Below, piece by piece: positions 16,256 to 26,657 of a stretch of 32,000 bases of DNA. Source of the stretch: Candidatus Saccharimonadota bacterium. Lineage in GTDB: Bacteria; Bacteroidota; Bacteroidia; Flavobacteriales; Blattabacteriaceae. Position 1 is the stretch's first letter. The number at the start of each line of letters is the position of its first letter. Made by a program: the position numbers and the translations under genes. The notes below the pieces were generated by a model. That model did not search any database. It was given only the letters and a program-made list of their open reading frames with translations, and was not told the DNA's origin. The stretch lies in assembly GCF_014251775.1 (NCBI RefSeq), contig NZ_CP059199.1:90001-122000 (forward strand). The letters run 5' to 3'.

Positions 16256-18103
16256 TTATTCTAAATCAATTCCAAAAGATAATTTTTTAAAATTTTTAGA
16301 TATAAAAAAATCTAAATCTTTTCCTCTAAGCAAATTATTAGAAATTAGAGTTAAATTTAACACATTATTAATAATATCTTCTCTTTTTTCTTTAGATTTT
16401 ATTTGTAAAATTCTTTTTATTAAAGGATGATTTATATTTATTATTAACTGATGCTTATTATTTTCATTAGGATTTTTTAAATCATATCCTAAAGAGTTCA
16501 TTTCGTTTATCCTTCTCAAATACTCAGGTATAACTATAATAAATGGACGATCTTCTTTAGATAAGCTTTCTAATTTTACTGAAAATTCGTGATTTCCTAT
16601 GGATTTATTAGAAAAAAAATTTTTAATATTAATTTTTTCATCTTCCGAAAGATTAATATTATCAGGTAATTCTATTTTTTTAACAATTAATTTATCGATA
16701 TGATCGGAATCTACTCTTACAAAAATAATTTCTTTATAAAATTGTTCTAATTTTTGTATTAAATGAACTGATAATGGGCTATTTAATAATAAAACATTAT
16801 AATTTCTGTTTTTGGATTCTTTAATTGAACTAAATTGCTTTTCTTTATCTGAAGAATAAAGAAAAACTATTTTTCCTTCTTCATTTAATTGGTTTTCTTT
16901 TATTTTTTTCTTAAACTCTTCTAATGTAAAAAAATCGTCATCAACCGTCATGAATAAGAAAAAATTAATAGATCTTTCAAAGAATCTCTGATCACTTATC
17001 ATTCCATATTCTACTATAATTTTTATATCATTCCATTTATTTTGAAATTTTTCTCTATTATCTTTAAATAAAAAGTTAAGTTTATCTGATACTTTTCTTG
17101 TTATGTATTTAGATATATTTTTTACTGATATATCCGACTGTAAATGCGAACGTGATACATTAAGAGGAATATCTGGTGAATCTATAACTCCTATTAATAA
17201 ACTTAAGAATTCTGGGACAATCCCTTGTAAATCATCTGTAATATAAACTTGATTTTGATATAAATGGATTTTTTCTCTTTGTAAATCAATTCTTTTTTCT
17301 ATTTTAGGAAAAAATAAAATTCCGTTTAAACGAAATGGATGATCTATATTTAGATGTACCCAAAATAATGGATTATCTAATTGATTAGGATATAATTCTT
17401 TATGAAAGTTTAAATAATCTTTTTCATTTAAATCATTTGGATTTTTTTTCCATGCAGGAAAAGTATTATTAATTTTTTCATTTTTATTATTTTCTTTTGA
17501 AGAAAAGAAAATAGGAATTGGCATAAATTTACAATATTTTTGTAATAATTTTAAAATATAATCGTATTCTAAAAATTCTTTATTTTCATTCCTAATAAAG
17601 AGAATTATTTCTGTTCCTATATCTTTTTTTTCAATTTCTTTCATAAAGAAATCAGTAGTACCAGAACATGACCATAACATAGAAGGATTATCTTTTTGAT
17701 AAGATTGTGTTAATATAATCACTTTATCTGACACCATAAAAGATGAATAAAATCCTAAACCAAAATGGCCAATTATGGATGAAGAATCATTTTTATATTT
17801 TTGAATAAATTCTTCTGCTCCAGAAAATGCTATTTGATTAATATATTTTTCTATTTCTTTTTTATTCATACCAATTCCATTATCAATAATATGAATAGAT
17901 TTATTTTTTTTATCTAGTAAAATATTAATTTTAAAGTTATTATTAATATTTTCTAGATTATTTAATCTAGAAATAGTTTTCAATTTTAATATAGCATCTG
18001 TAGCATTAGAAATTAATTCACGTAAAAAAACTTCTTGATTCGAATAAAGAAATTTTTTAATAATAGGAAAAATATTCTCTGTATTAACGCTGATTTTATT
18101 CAT
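16256..18103 (-). CDS. htpG: Molecular chaperone HtpG (Hsp90)
   Basis: 615-aa ORF: ENIFPIIKKFLYSNQEVFLRELISNATDA, IIDNGIGMNK, IGHFGLGFYSSFMV. Confidence 0.95.
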   Translation of the reverse strand: MNKISVNTENIFPIIKKFLYSNQEVFLRELISNATDAILKLKTISRLNNLENINNNFKINILLDKKNKSIHIIDNGIGMNKKEIEKYINQIAFSGAEEFIQKYKNDSSSIIGHFGLGFYSSFMVSDKVIILTQSYQKDNPSMLWSCSGTTDFFMKEIEKKDIGTEIILFIRNENKEFLEYDYILKLLQKYCKFMPIPIFFSSKENNKNEKINNTFPAWKKNPNDLNEKDYLNFHKELYPNQLDNPLFWVHLNIDHPFRLNGILFFPKIEKRIDLQREKIHLYQNQVYITDDLQGIVPEFLSLLIGVIDSPDIPLNVSRSHLQSDISVKNISKYITRKVSDKLNFLFKDNREKFQNKWNDIKIIVEYGMISDQRFFERSINFFLFMTVDDDFFTLEEFKKKIKENQLNEEGKIVFLYSSDKEKQFSSIKESKNRNYNVLLLNSPLSVHLIQKLEQFYKEIIFVRVDSDHIDKLIVKKIELPDNINLSEDEKINIKNFFSNKSIGNHEFSVKLESLSKEDRPFIIVIPEYLRRINEMNSLGYDLKNPNENNKHQLIININHPLIKRILQIKSKEKREDIINNVLNLTLISNNLLRGKDLDFFISKNFKKLSFGIDLE

Positions 18104-18107
18104 GATA

Positions 18108-19010
18108 TTAAAATTTTATTAAATCGTTAACAAACTTTTCATCATCAAATTCTATTAATTTATTTATTTTTTCTCCTATTCCAAGATACTGAATAGGTAT
18201 TTTAAATCTATTCATTATATTTATAATAAAACCACCTTTTGCGGTGCCTTCTGTTTTTGTTAAAATAATACAAGAAACTTTAGAAAAAGATAAAAATTTT
18301 TTTGTTTGCTCTATTGCGTTTTGTCCATTATTAGCATCTAAAATTAATATTGTTTCATGAGGTGCACCTGGAATGACTTTTTTCATTACTTTATAAATTT
18401 TTGATAATTCATACATAAGATTAACACGGTTATGTAATCTACCAGCTGTATCTATTAATACAACATCTTTTTTTTTTGATTTTGCAGATTGTAAAGTATC
18501 ATATGCAACTGAAGCAGGATCCGAATTAATTTGTTGTTTAACTAATGGAACTTTTGCTAAGTTAGCTAATATTTCTAATTGATCAATAGCACATTCTCTA
18601 AACGTATCCGAAGCTCCTATAATTGGATTAAACCCATTATTTTTTAAAAGAAAGGCTAATTTTCCAACAGTAGTTGTTTTTCCAACTCCATTGACTCCTA
18701 CTATCATACAAACATATGGGATCTTACTTTTTTTTATCCTTTCATATAAGGAATATTTTTTTTTAATAAATATACTTAATATTTCATCTTTTAATATTTT
18801 TTTTAATTCTTGTATACTTATTTCATCTTCTTTTATTTTTTGTTCTAATTTAGAAACAATTTTTATAGTTATATCTGTTCCTATATCTGCGGATAAAAGA
18901 ACTTTTTCTACATAATCAATATCACTTTTATTTATAATTTTATTTTCTTTTTTAGATTTATAAAAAAATTCTTTTATTTTATCTAAAAAAGATCCATAAT
19001 TTTTAAACAT
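18108..19010 (-). CDS. ftsY: Signal recognition particle receptor FtsY (NG domain only)
   Basis: 300-aa ORF: GVNGVGKTTTVGKLA (P-loop), DTFRECAIDQL, DTAGRLHN, TKTEGTAKGG. Confidence 0.93.
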   Translation of the reverse strand: MFKNYGSFLDKIKEFFYKSKKENKIINKSDIDYVEKVLLSADIGTDITIKIVSKLEQKIKEDEISIQELKKILKDEILSIFIKKKYSLYERIKKSKIPYVCMIVGVNGVGKTTTVGKLAFLLKNNGFNPIIGASDTFRECAIDQLEILANLAKVPLVKQQINSDPASVAYDTLQSAKSKKKDVVLIDTAGRLHNRVNLMYELSKIYKVMKKVIPGAPHETILILDANNGQNAIEQTKKFLSFSKVSCIILTKTEGTAKGGFIINIMNRFKIPIQYLGIGEKINKLIEFDDEKFVNDLIKF

Positions 19011-19034
19011 AAAAAACTAATAGATATTTTATTA

Positions 19035-19196
19035 TTAATTTGAAAAAAATTTTTTTGTTTCTTTTTCTTTTAAAAATTTTTTTTCAAAAGCATAAACACC
19101 TGATTTTTTGTTCGATTTTACCATTTTTATGGCTAAAACCATTTTATTTTTATTATTATTTATGATTTTTTTTTTATTTTCTATTTTTTTAGACAT
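19035..19196 (-). CDS. DUF4295-family small protein (conserved partner downstream of rpmG in Bacteroidota)
   Basis: Not in the ORF track. ATG 19196-19194 ... TAA (19037-19035) = [53 protein letters not shown] (53 aa). The core AIKMVKS.K.G.Y.F matches my recollection of DUF4295. Its start overlaps the rpmG stop (TAATG). Confidence 0.7.
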   Translation of the reverse strand: MSKKIENKKKIINNNKNKMVLAIKMVKSNKKSGVYAFEKKFLKEKETKKFFSN

Positions 19197-19378
19197 TATT
19201 TAATTTCTTTATGAATAGTATATTTTTTTAAAATTCGATTAAATTTTCTTAATTGGATTCTATTAGGATTATTTTTTTTATTTTTAGTGGTAATGTATCT
19301 AGAACATCCTGGAATACCAATTTTTTTTTGTTCGGTACATTCTAAAATAACCTGTATTCTATTTCCTTTTTTTCCCAT
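19196..19378 (-). CDS. rpmG: 50S ribosomal protein L33
   Basis: 60-aa ORF: [60 protein letters not shown]. Confidence 0.95.
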   Translation of the reverse strand: MGKKGNRIQVILECTEQKKIGIPGCSRYITTKNKKNNPNRIQLRKFNRILKKYTIHKEIK

Positions 19379-19595
19379 ATTTAAAACGTTTTAATGCATT
19401 TTTAATTCCTATTTTATCTATAATTCTTATTGCATAAGCACAAATTTTTAATTTAATCCATTTTTTTTCTTCTATTAAAAAATAACGTTTTTTAAATAAA
19501 TTAATGTTAAAACGACGTTTTTTCTTATTATTTGCATGAGAAATTTTATTCCCTACCATAGATTTTTTACCAGTTAATTCACAAATTCTAGACAT
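19359..19595 (-). CDS. rpmB: 50S ribosomal protein L28
   Basis: 78-aa ORF: [33 protein letters not shown].... Its 3' end overlaps the rpmG start by 20 nt. Confidence 0.93.
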   Translation of the reverse strand: MSRICELTGKKSMVGNKISHANNKKKRRFNINLFKKRYFLIEEKKWIKLKICAYAIRIIDKIGIKNALKRFKYGKKRK

Positions 19596-19673
19596 AATAT
19601 TTTTTTATCTAAATTGTTATAAAAAATTCATTAATATTTATGACATTTCGTAAATATATTAAAAATATTTCAT

Positions 19674-20381
19674 ATGTCAGGGCATAGTAAATGGTCGAAT
19701 ATACAACATAGAAAAAACAATCAAGATCTTAAAAAATCTAAAAAATTTTCTAAAATAATCCAAGAAATAATTTCAATAGTAAAAAAATCTGGAAGAAATA
19801 GTTTTCGTTTTAAAAATATTATTTCTAATGCAAAATCATTAAATATTCCTAAAAGTACTATAGAAAAAGCTATAAAAAAATCATTACAAAAAAGAAAAAA
19901 TGATTATAAAAATCTAAATTTAGAAGGAAAAATTTATGGAATTGGAATTATTATGGAATGTATAACGGATAATAATATTCGAACTACATCTAGTATAAGA
20001 ACTTTTTTTAATAAAAATGGAGGAGTATTATGTAATAATGGAGAATTAATTCATTTCTTCAAAAGAATAGGAAATTTTTTTTTAGATAAAGAAAATCTAT
20101 CTATTCCAATAGAAAAATTGGAATTAATGTTAATAGATTTTGGAGCAAAAGATATTATAGATAATAATAAAAATATACAAATAATTACAGATTTTGAATA
20201 TTTCGGAATAATGAAACAAAATCTAGAAAAATTAAAAATATTTCATGAATATCAATTAGAAAGAATACCAATACAAAAAAAATTAATTACGAAAGAAAAA
20301 AAAAATAAAGTAATTGATTTCATAAAAAAACTTGAAAAACATGATGATATAGAAAATATTTATTATAATTTGTATATTTAA
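19674..20381 (+). CDS. yebC: YebC/PmpR family DNA-binding regulatory protein
   Basis: 235-aa ORF: MSGHSKWSNIQHRKNNQDLKKSKKFSKIIQEI, the hallmark YebC N-terminus. Confidence 0.9.
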   Translation: MSGHSKWSNIQHRKNNQDLKKSKKFSKIIQEIISIVKKSGRNSFRFKNIISNAKSLNIPKSTIEKAIKKSLQKRKNDYKNLNLEGKIYGIGIIMECITDNNIRTTSSIRTFFNKNGGVLCNNGELIHFFKRIGNFFLDKENLSIPIEKLELMLIDFGAKDIIDNNKNIQIITDFEYFGIMKQNLEKLKIFHEYQLERIPIQKKLITKEKKNKVIDFIKKLEKHDDIENIYYNLYI

Positions 20382-20417
20382 TTTTTTTATATTATTGTAA
20401 TGTCAAAATAATTTGAA

Positions 20418-20738
20418 ATAAAGTAGAATGACCTATCACGTTTTTTACTATATTATTTTAAAAATAATATTAAAAAAAAATGAGGAAAGTCCGGACACCA
20501 TAGAGCAGCATAGTGGGTAACACCCATCCATCGTGAGATGAGGAACAGTGCAACAGAAAGAAAGTACAGGATAAGCTGTAGTGAAATCATGTAAACTCTA
20601 TGCGGTGAAATGCCATATATACCGTAAATAATTTGCTCGATTTATTACGAGGGGTAGGCAGATAGAAATTTTAGGGTAACCTAAAATCAAGATAAATGAT
20701 AGGTATAAAACAGAATCCGGCTTATAATTCTACTTTAT
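20418..20738 (+). ncRNA. rnpB: RNase P RNA (bacterial type A), reduced size
   Basis: Universally conserved GAGGAAAGTCCGGAC (P4 5' strand) near 20483, ACAGAATCCGGCTTA (P4 3' strand) near 20710, and terminal P1 pairing AAGTAGAAT (20421-20429) with ATTCTACTT (20727-20735). The ends are accurate to about +/-5 nt. Confidence 0.9.
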
Positions 20739-20765
20739 ATATTTATTAATTTTATTTTATTAAAT

Positions 20766-20854
20766 GGAGAGATGGCCGAGTGGTTTAAGGCGCACGTCTG
20801 GAAAGCGTGTTCACAAATAAAATAGTGTCAAGGGTTCGAATCCCTTTCTCTCCG
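20766..20854 (+). tRNA. tRNA-Ser (anticodon GGA), type II
   Basis: Acceptor GGAGAGA/TCTCTCC, D arm GCCGAGTGGTTTAAGGC, anticodon stem CACGT/GCGTG with loop CTGGAAA (GGA), long AT-rich variable arm, T arm AAGGG-TTCGAAT-CCCTT, discriminator G. No CCA is encoded. Confidence 0.9.
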
Positions 20855-20869
20855 TTTTTTTTTAAAAAA

Positions 20870-21997
20870 TTAATGTTCTATATTTTTTAGTTTTTTTTCA
20901 ATTAAATTAGTTCTTGCTCCTAATAGTTTATCTATATCTTTTGAAGCACCTTCTAATTTATCCTTAGCTTGATTAAGTAATATACCAAATTTTGAAAATT
21001 CTTGTTTTACAGATTCTAATACTTTCCAAACTTCAGAAGTTCTTTTTTGGATCGCAAGAGTTCTAAAACCTATTTGTAAACTGTTTAATATTGCTGCTAA
21101 TGTAGAAGGACCTGTAATAACTGTTTTATATTTTATTAATAATTCCTCTAACAAACTTGAATTTTTTATTATTTCTGCATATATTCCTTCAAAAGGGAGA
21201 AAAAGAATTGCGAAATCAGTAGTATATGGAGGATCTATATATTTATCTCTAATATTTTTAGACATTTTTTTTAAAACAGATTCTAGGTTTTTTATAGCTA
21301 ATTCTATATTTCTTTTATTTCCATTATTATAAGCTTTTTGTACCTTTTCATAAGTTTCTTTAGGAAATTTTACATCTATTGGTAGCCAAATATTTCCATT
21401 TCCTATACCTGGTAACTTAATAGCAAATTCTACAACATAATTAGTATTAGATTTTGTAATTACATTAGTATCATATTGTTCTGGAGATAAAATTTGTTTT
21501 AATAGCATTGATAATTGCATTTCACTAAAACTTCCACATATTTTAACGTGATTTAAAGTTCTTTTTAAAGAACTAACATCTTTTGCTAAAACTTTCATTT
21601 CTCCTAATCCTTCTTGCAAAAAAATTAATTGATTTCCAATTAATTCAAATGATTTTCCTAAATGAACATTTAAAGATTTTTGTAATTTATTTGAAATAAC
21701 ATCCTTTATGTTTTCTATATTTTTATCCAGAATTTTTATTAATTCTTCTTGTTTATTGTAAATAGAATCTAATTTTTTATTTTGATGTTCATTTAAATAA
21801 CGAATATCATTGTTTATGTAATTTTGATGATTATTGATAGTATCAAATTTTTTTTCAATATTTTCTTTATAAGATTGAAAAACATCTATAATGTAACTTT
21901 TTTGATTTTTCGATTCCAATCGAAAAAAAAATTCTAATTTTTTGATAAAAAAAAATAAAAATAGTATGTATAAAAAAAAATAAAATATAAAATACAT
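20870..21997 (-). CDS. rmuC: DNA recombination protein RmuC
   Basis: 375-aa ORF with an N-terminal TM segment, a long coiled-coil and a C-terminal RmuC nuclease-like domain (LPIDVKFPKETY..., DFAILFLPFEGIYAE, ITGPSTLAAILNSLQIGF). Confidence 0.85.
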   Translation of the reverse strand: MYFIFYFFLYILFLFFFIKKLEFFFRLESKNQKSYIIDVFQSYKENIEKKFDTINNHQNYINNDIRYLNEHQNKKLDSIYNKQEELIKILDKNIENIKDVISNKLQKSLNVHLGKSFELIGNQLIFLQEGLGEMKVLAKDVSSLKRTLNHVKICGSFSEMQLSMLLKQILSPEQYDTNVITKSNTNYVVEFAIKLPGIGNGNIWLPIDVKFPKETYEKVQKAYNNGNKRNIELAIKNLESVLKKMSKNIRDKYIDPPYTTDFAILFLPFEGIYAEIIKNSSLLEELLIKYKTVITGPSTLAAILNSLQIGFRTLAIQKRTSEVWKVLESVKQEFSKFGILLNQAKDKLEGASKDIDKLLGARTNLIEKKLKNIEH

Positions 21998-22019
21998 AAA
22001 TTAAATTAGGAAGGAATAA

Positions 22020-22092
<73 letters not shown>

Positions 22093-22136
22093 ATAACATC
22101 ACTAATATAAGATTTTTCATTTACAAAAAAAAATTC

Positions 22137-23708
22137 TTATCCATTCATAGATATTAAAAATTCTTCATTATTTTTTGTTCTTATTATTCTAGATCTTAAA
22201 AATTCCATAGCTTCTACTGGATTCATATCAGCAAGATGTTTCCGTAAAATCCACATTCTCTGTAAAGTTTTTGAATCCAATAATAAATCATCTTTTCTAG
22301 TACTAGACACCACTAAATCAATAGCAGGATAAATTCTTTTATTAGCTATTTTCCTATCTAATTGAAGTTCTTTATTTCCTGTTCCTTTAAATTCTTCAAA
22401 TATAACTTCATCCATTTTAGAGCCTGTATCAATCATTGCTGTAGCAATTATTGATAAAGACCCCCCGTTTTCTATGTTCCTAGCTGCACCAAAAAATCTT
22501 TTTGGTCTATGTAATGCATTAGCATCAACTCCACCTGACAAAACTTTTCCTGATGCTGGTGCTACTGTATTATATGCACGTGCTAATCGTGTAATAGAAT
22601 CTAATAAAATTACTACATCATGAGAACATTCTACCATTCTTTTAGCTTTTTGTAAAACAATATTTGCTACTCTTACATGTCTATCTGCAGGTTCATCAAA
22701 CGTAGATGCTATAACTTCACCATTAACATTTCTTTGCATATCCGTAACTTCTTCTGGTCGTTCATCTATTAATAAAATAATTAAATATACTTCTGGATGA
22801 TTGGCAGAAATAGCATTTGCTATTTCTTTTAATAAAGTAGTTTTACCGGTTTTTGGAGGAGCAACAATCATTCCTCTTTGTCCTTTACCTATAGGTGTAA
22901 AAAGATCTACTATTCTAGTAGAAATAGTAGAATTTTTTTCAGCTAATTTCAATTTTTCATTAGGAAATAATGGAGTTAAATGTTCAAATGATTTTCTTCT
23001 TCTTATAAAATTAGGAGATCTTCCATTAATTTTAATAATCTTAATTAAAGGAAAATATTTTTCTCCTTCTTTAGGACTACGGACTTCACCTTTTATTGTA
23101 TCTCCCGTTTTCATTCCAAAAAGTCTGATTTGTGATTGTGAAACATAAATATCATCAGGAGATGATAAATAATTAAAATAAGATGATCTTAGAAATCCAT
23201 AATTTTCTGGCATTGTTTCCAAGACGCCTTCATTAATAATAAATCCATCTAGTTTAGATTTAAAATTATTATTTTTATTTACAATATTTTTATTTTTTTT
23301 AATAGGAACTTTTACCTCTTTTAGATTTTCAATTACGGAATTATTTCTATATATTTGGTTATCTGATTTTTCTACCTTTTTCCTAGTAGAAAAATTATGA
23401 ATTTTCTTTTTAAATCTTGAAGAAGGTTCTTTTAAAAATTTAGAATTATTTCGATATTTATTTTTTTTTTCTAAAAAATAATTTATTGATTCAGAATTTT
23501 CTTTAGATTTGAATGTTTTTTTTGTATTGGTAATATTTTCTTTTTTTAAAGAATTTATATTATGTTTATTTTTTTTGTTAAAAATAGAAATAATTTTTTC
23601 TAAAAGTTCGTTTTTACGTAATTGAGTGCATTTTTTTAATCCAGAAGATTTAGCAATCTCCTGTAATTCAAAAAGTTTTTTACTTTTTAATTCAGTTATA
23701 TCATACAT
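22137..23708 (-). CDS. rho: Transcription termination factor Rho with an N-terminal insertion
   Basis: 523-aa ORF with a Rho N-terminal helix bundle ([20 protein letters not shown]), a ~100-aa K/N/S-rich low-complexity insert, an RNA-binding domain ([15 protein letters not shown]...[16 protein letters not shown]) and an ATPase core ([42 protein letters not shown]). Confidence 0.95.
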   Translation of the reverse strand: MYDITELKSKKLFELQEIAKSSGLKKCTQLRKNELLEKIISIFNKKNKHNINSLKKENITNTKKTFKSKENSESINYFLEKKNKYRNNSKFLKEPSSRFKKKIHNFSTRKKVEKSDNQIYRNNSVIENLKEVKVPIKKNKNIVNKNNNFKSKLDGFIINEGVLETMPENYGFLRSSYFNYLSSPDDIYVSQSQIRLFGMKTGDTIKGEVRSPKEGEKYFPLIKIIKINGRSPNFIRRRKSFEHLTPLFPNEKLKLAEKNSTISTRIVDLFTPIGKGQRGMIVAPPKTGKTTLLKEIANAISANHPEVYLIILLIDERPEEVTDMQRNVNGEVIASTFDEPADRHVRVANIVLQKAKRMVECSHDVVILLDSITRLARAYNTVAPASGKVLSGGVDANALHRPKRFFGAARNIENGGSLSIIATAMIDTGSKMDEVIFEEFKGTGNKELQLDRKIANKRIYPAIDLVVSSTRKDDLLLDSKTLQRMWILRKHLADMNPVEAMEFLRSRIIRTKNNEEFLISMNG

Positions 23709-23807
23709 AAAATAATTGGATTAGATTTATAATAATTTGGAAATGATAAATACAATTATACAAAAAATTAGATTGAACTTGAATAAAATATCAAAAATTA
23801 ACTAGTT

Positions 23808-24218
23808 ATGTTATATAGAATACAAACATTATATTTGTTGATTTCTTTTTTTATTTATTCTATCTCTTTAAACTTATTAATTAATCAAAACAATATAAAA
23901 TATTATATAATATTTAAAAATATATCTACTATTTTTATAATAATATGTACTATATTATCTATAGTTAGTATTTTTTTATTTAAGTATAGAAAAATTCAGA
24001 TAATTATTAATAAATTAAATATAATTTTAAACATTATTAATTTTTTTTTATTCTTATTATTTTTAGATAATATTTCGTACAATAATTTTTTCTTTTCAGC
24101 AAAAATGGAATTTTTTTTTATGTTACTTTCATTAAGTTGTAATATTCTTTTATATATAGCGAATATAGCAATAACAAGAGATATTGAAATAGTTGATTCA
24201 ATCAATAGAATACGATAA
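23808..24218 (+). CDS. Four-TM small membrane protein, DUF4293-like
   Basis: 136-aa ORF with an ATG start and four hydrophobic segments. The N-terminus MLYRIQTLYLL and the C-terminus ...IEIVDSINRIR resemble, from memory, the DUF4293 family commonly found beside rho in Bacteroidota. Confidence 0.6.
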   Translation: MLYRIQTLYLLISFFIYSISLNLLINQNNIKYYIIFKNISTIFIIICTILSIVSIFLFKYRKIQIIINKLNIILNIINFFLFLLFLDNISYNNFFFSAKMEFFFMLLSLSCNILLYIANIAITRDIEIVDSINRIR

Positions 24219-24222
24219 TGTA

Positions 24223-25311
24223 ATGAAAAAATATGAATCGATTGTAATAGAATTAGAATCTTATAAAGAAGAACTATTATATCTATCGAAACATATAATA
24301 AAACCAAATATTTTATCGGATCACAAAAAATATAAATTATTATTAAATAGATATAATAAATTAGATAAAATTGTTTTTTTTTATAATGAATATAAAAAAA
24401 AATTAATCTCATTAAAAGAAGCTATTTATATGTTGGAACACGATCCAGATGAAGAAATGAAAATATTAGCTTTTCAAGAAAAAATAAAAATTCAAAACGA
24501 ATTACATCTTCTTAAAAAGAAAATTGATAATATCATTAATTATAAATCTGAAAAAAAATATGGAAAAAAAGAAGATTATAGAGATGTTATCTTAGAAATA
24601 CGATCTGGAACAGGTGGTGATGAAGCTTGTCTTTTTGTAGAAGATATATTAAGAATGTATATCATGTATTTCAAAAAATTAAAATGGAAATATAATATTA
24701 TTAATTTTCAAAAAGGTAGTAAAGGATATAAAGAAATAGTGTTAGACATACATGGAGAAAAGAAAGATAAGATATATGGAAATTTAAAATTTGAATCTGG
24801 AGTACATAGAGTACAAAGAATACCAAAAACTGAATCTCAGGGTAGACTACATACATCTGCTATTACGGTAGCTGTACTTCCAAAAGTAGAAAGTGTAGAA
24901 GTTAACCTACATATATCTGATATAAAAAAAGAAACTTTTCGTTCAAGTGGAGCTGGAGGGCAACATGTAAATAAAACTGAATCTGCGGTAAGATTAACTC
25001 ACTTACCTACCAAAATTACAGTAGAATGTCAAGAAGAACGTTCCCAACATAAAAATTTTGAAAAGGCAATGATAGTTTTAAAATCAAAAATTTATAAAAA
25101 TAAAATGGATAAAATGATAAAAGAAAGATCTATAAAAAGAAAATCATTAATTTCTACAGGGGATAGATCAGTAAAAATAAGAACCTATAACTATCCTAAT
25201 AATAGAGTAACGGATCATAGAATAAATAAATCTATCCATAATCTATTTGATTTTATGAATGGAAATATACAGAACATGATTGACTCATTAAAATTAATTG
25301 AAAATAATTAG
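24223..25311 (+). CDS. prfA: Peptide chain release factor 1
   Basis: The track ORF begins at TTG 24193. ATG 24223 (MKKYESIVIELESYKEEL...) is the likelier start and avoids overlap with the upstream gene. It has a PxT-type tripeptide region RIPKTESQGRLHTS (RF1 type) and SGAGGQHVNKTESAVRLTHLPT (GGQ). Confidence 0.93.
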   Translation: MKKYESIVIELESYKEELLYLSKHIIKPNILSDHKKYKLLLNRYNKLDKIVFFYNEYKKKLISLKEAIYMLEHDPDEEMKILAFQEKIKIQNELHLLKKKIDNIINYKSEKKYGKKEDYRDVILEIRSGTGGDEACLFVEDILRMYIMYFKKLKWKYNIINFQKGSKGYKEIVLDIHGEKKDKIYGNLKFESGVHRVQRIPKTESQGRLHTSAITVAVLPKVESVEVNLHISDIKKETFRSSGAGGQHVNKTESAVRLTHLPTKITVECQEERSQHKNFEKAMIVLKSKIYKNKMDKMIKERSIKRKSLISTGDRSVKIRTYNYPNNRVTDHRINKSIHNLFDFMNGNIQNMIDSLKLIENN

Positions 25312-26645
25312 AAAATATTATTTTTAATAAAATTTGTATTATAATCTCCTTTTTGGAAATCATTATTTTTTATCAATTTTTTTTGAAACGGAATAGTAGT
25401 ATGAATTCCTTCAATAACAAATTCTTCTAAAGATCTGGACATTTTACAAATGGCCTTTTCTCTACTAATTTCTGTGGTTATAAGTTTAGCTATCATAGAA
25501 TCATAATAATGTGGAACATTATATCCAGAATAAATATGAGTATCCACTCTAACCCCTTTTCCCCCAGGAATATGAACTTGAGTAATTTTTCCAGGAGAAG
25601 AAAGAAAGTTTTTATTCGATTCTTCTGCATTTATTCTACATTCTATTGAATACATTTTTGGATAGAAATTTTTTTTAGTAATTTTTTCTCCATATGCTAT
25701 AGATATTTGTTGTTGAATTAAATCAATCCCAGTTATTTCTTCTGTTATAGGATGTTCCACTTGAATCCTAGGATTCATTTCCATAAAATAAAAATTTTTA
25801 TTTTTGTCTACTAAAAATTCTATAGTCCCAACACCTTCATAATGAATAAATTCTGCAGCTTTTTTAGCTTGTTTACAAATCTTTTTTCTAAGATATGATG
25901 TTAAAAATGGAGAAGGTGATTCTTCTAAAATTTTTTGATTTTTCCTTTGAATAGAACAATCTCTTTCAGATAAATGACAAATATTTCCATAAGAATCTCC
26001 CATAATTTGAATTTCAATATGTCTAGGATTTAGAATTAATTTTTCTATATATATATCCTGTTTTCCAAAACAAGATAAAGATTCTTTTCTAGCTTCTTCC
26101 CAAGAATTTTTTAAAAATTTTTTTTCAAATACTGATCTTATCCCCTTCCCTCCTCCACCAAAAACAGATTTTATTATAATAGGAAATCCTATTTTTTCCG
26201 AAATTTTTTCTACTTCTTTATAAGAAGATCCAACTAAACATTTGAATCCGGGAATACAGTTTATTCCAGCTTTAACCATAGTTTTTTTAGCAGTAATTTT
26301 ATTTCCCATTTGAATCATATGATTTGGATTTGCTCCTATAAATTTTATTCCATGTTTATTACACATAGATGAAAAATATGCGTTTTCAGAAAGAAATCCG
26401 TATCCTGGATGGATAGCATCAGCGTTAGTAATTTCTGCAGCAGATATTATATTAGGTATATTTAAATAAGATTTATCTGGATCAGGTGGACCAATACAGA
26501 CTGCTTCATCAGCAAAATATACATGAAGACTATATTTATCTGCAGTAGAATAAATAGCTACGGTTTTTATTCCCATTTCTTTTGCCGTTCGTATTACTCG
26601 TAGAGCAATTTCTCCTCGATTAGCTATTAATAATTTTTTTAACAT
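25308..26645 (-). CDS. accC: Acetyl-CoA carboxylase, biotin carboxylase subunit
   Basis: 445-aa ORF: KLLIANRGEIALRVIRT, HPGYGFLSENA, GGGGKGIR, EMNPRIQVEHPITE. Its stop overlaps the convergent prfA stop by 4 nt. Confidence 0.95.
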   Translation of the reverse strand: MLKKLLIANRGEIALRVIRTAKEMGIKTVAIYSTADKYSLHVYFADEAVCIGPPDPDKSYLNIPNIISAAEITNADAIHPGYGFLSENAYFSSMCNKHGIKFIGANPNHMIQMGNKITAKKTMVKAGINCIPGFKCLVGSSYKEVEKISEKIGFPIIIKSVFGGGGKGIRSVFEKKFLKNSWEEARKESLSCFGKQDIYIEKLILNPRHIEIQIMGDSYGNICHLSERDCSIQRKNQKILEESPSPFLTSYLRKKICKQAKKAAEFIHYEGVGTIEFLVDKNKNFYFMEMNPRIQVEHPITEEITGIDLIQQQISIAYGEKITKKNFYPKMYSIECRINAEESNKNFLSSPGKITQVHIPGGKGVRVDTHIYSGYNVPHYYDSMIAKLITTEISREKAICKMSRSLEEFVIEGIHTTIPFQKKLIKNNDFQKGDYNTNFIKNNIF

Positions 26646-26657
26646 AAAAAAATAATT

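Noticed and set aside
18691-18915. 74-aa plus-strand ORF inside ftsY
   Set aside because: It is antisense to ftsY and has no motifs.
22801-23148. 115-aa plus-strand ORF inside rho
   Set aside because: It is antisense to the highly conserved Rho ATPase core. Long antisense frames are common opposite strongly constrained genes.
23996-24412. 138-aa minus-strand ORF spanning the DUF4293-like gene and the prfA start
   Set aside because: It is antisense to two plus-strand genes, one of which (prfA) is unambiguous. Its translation is I/L/Y/K low complexity.
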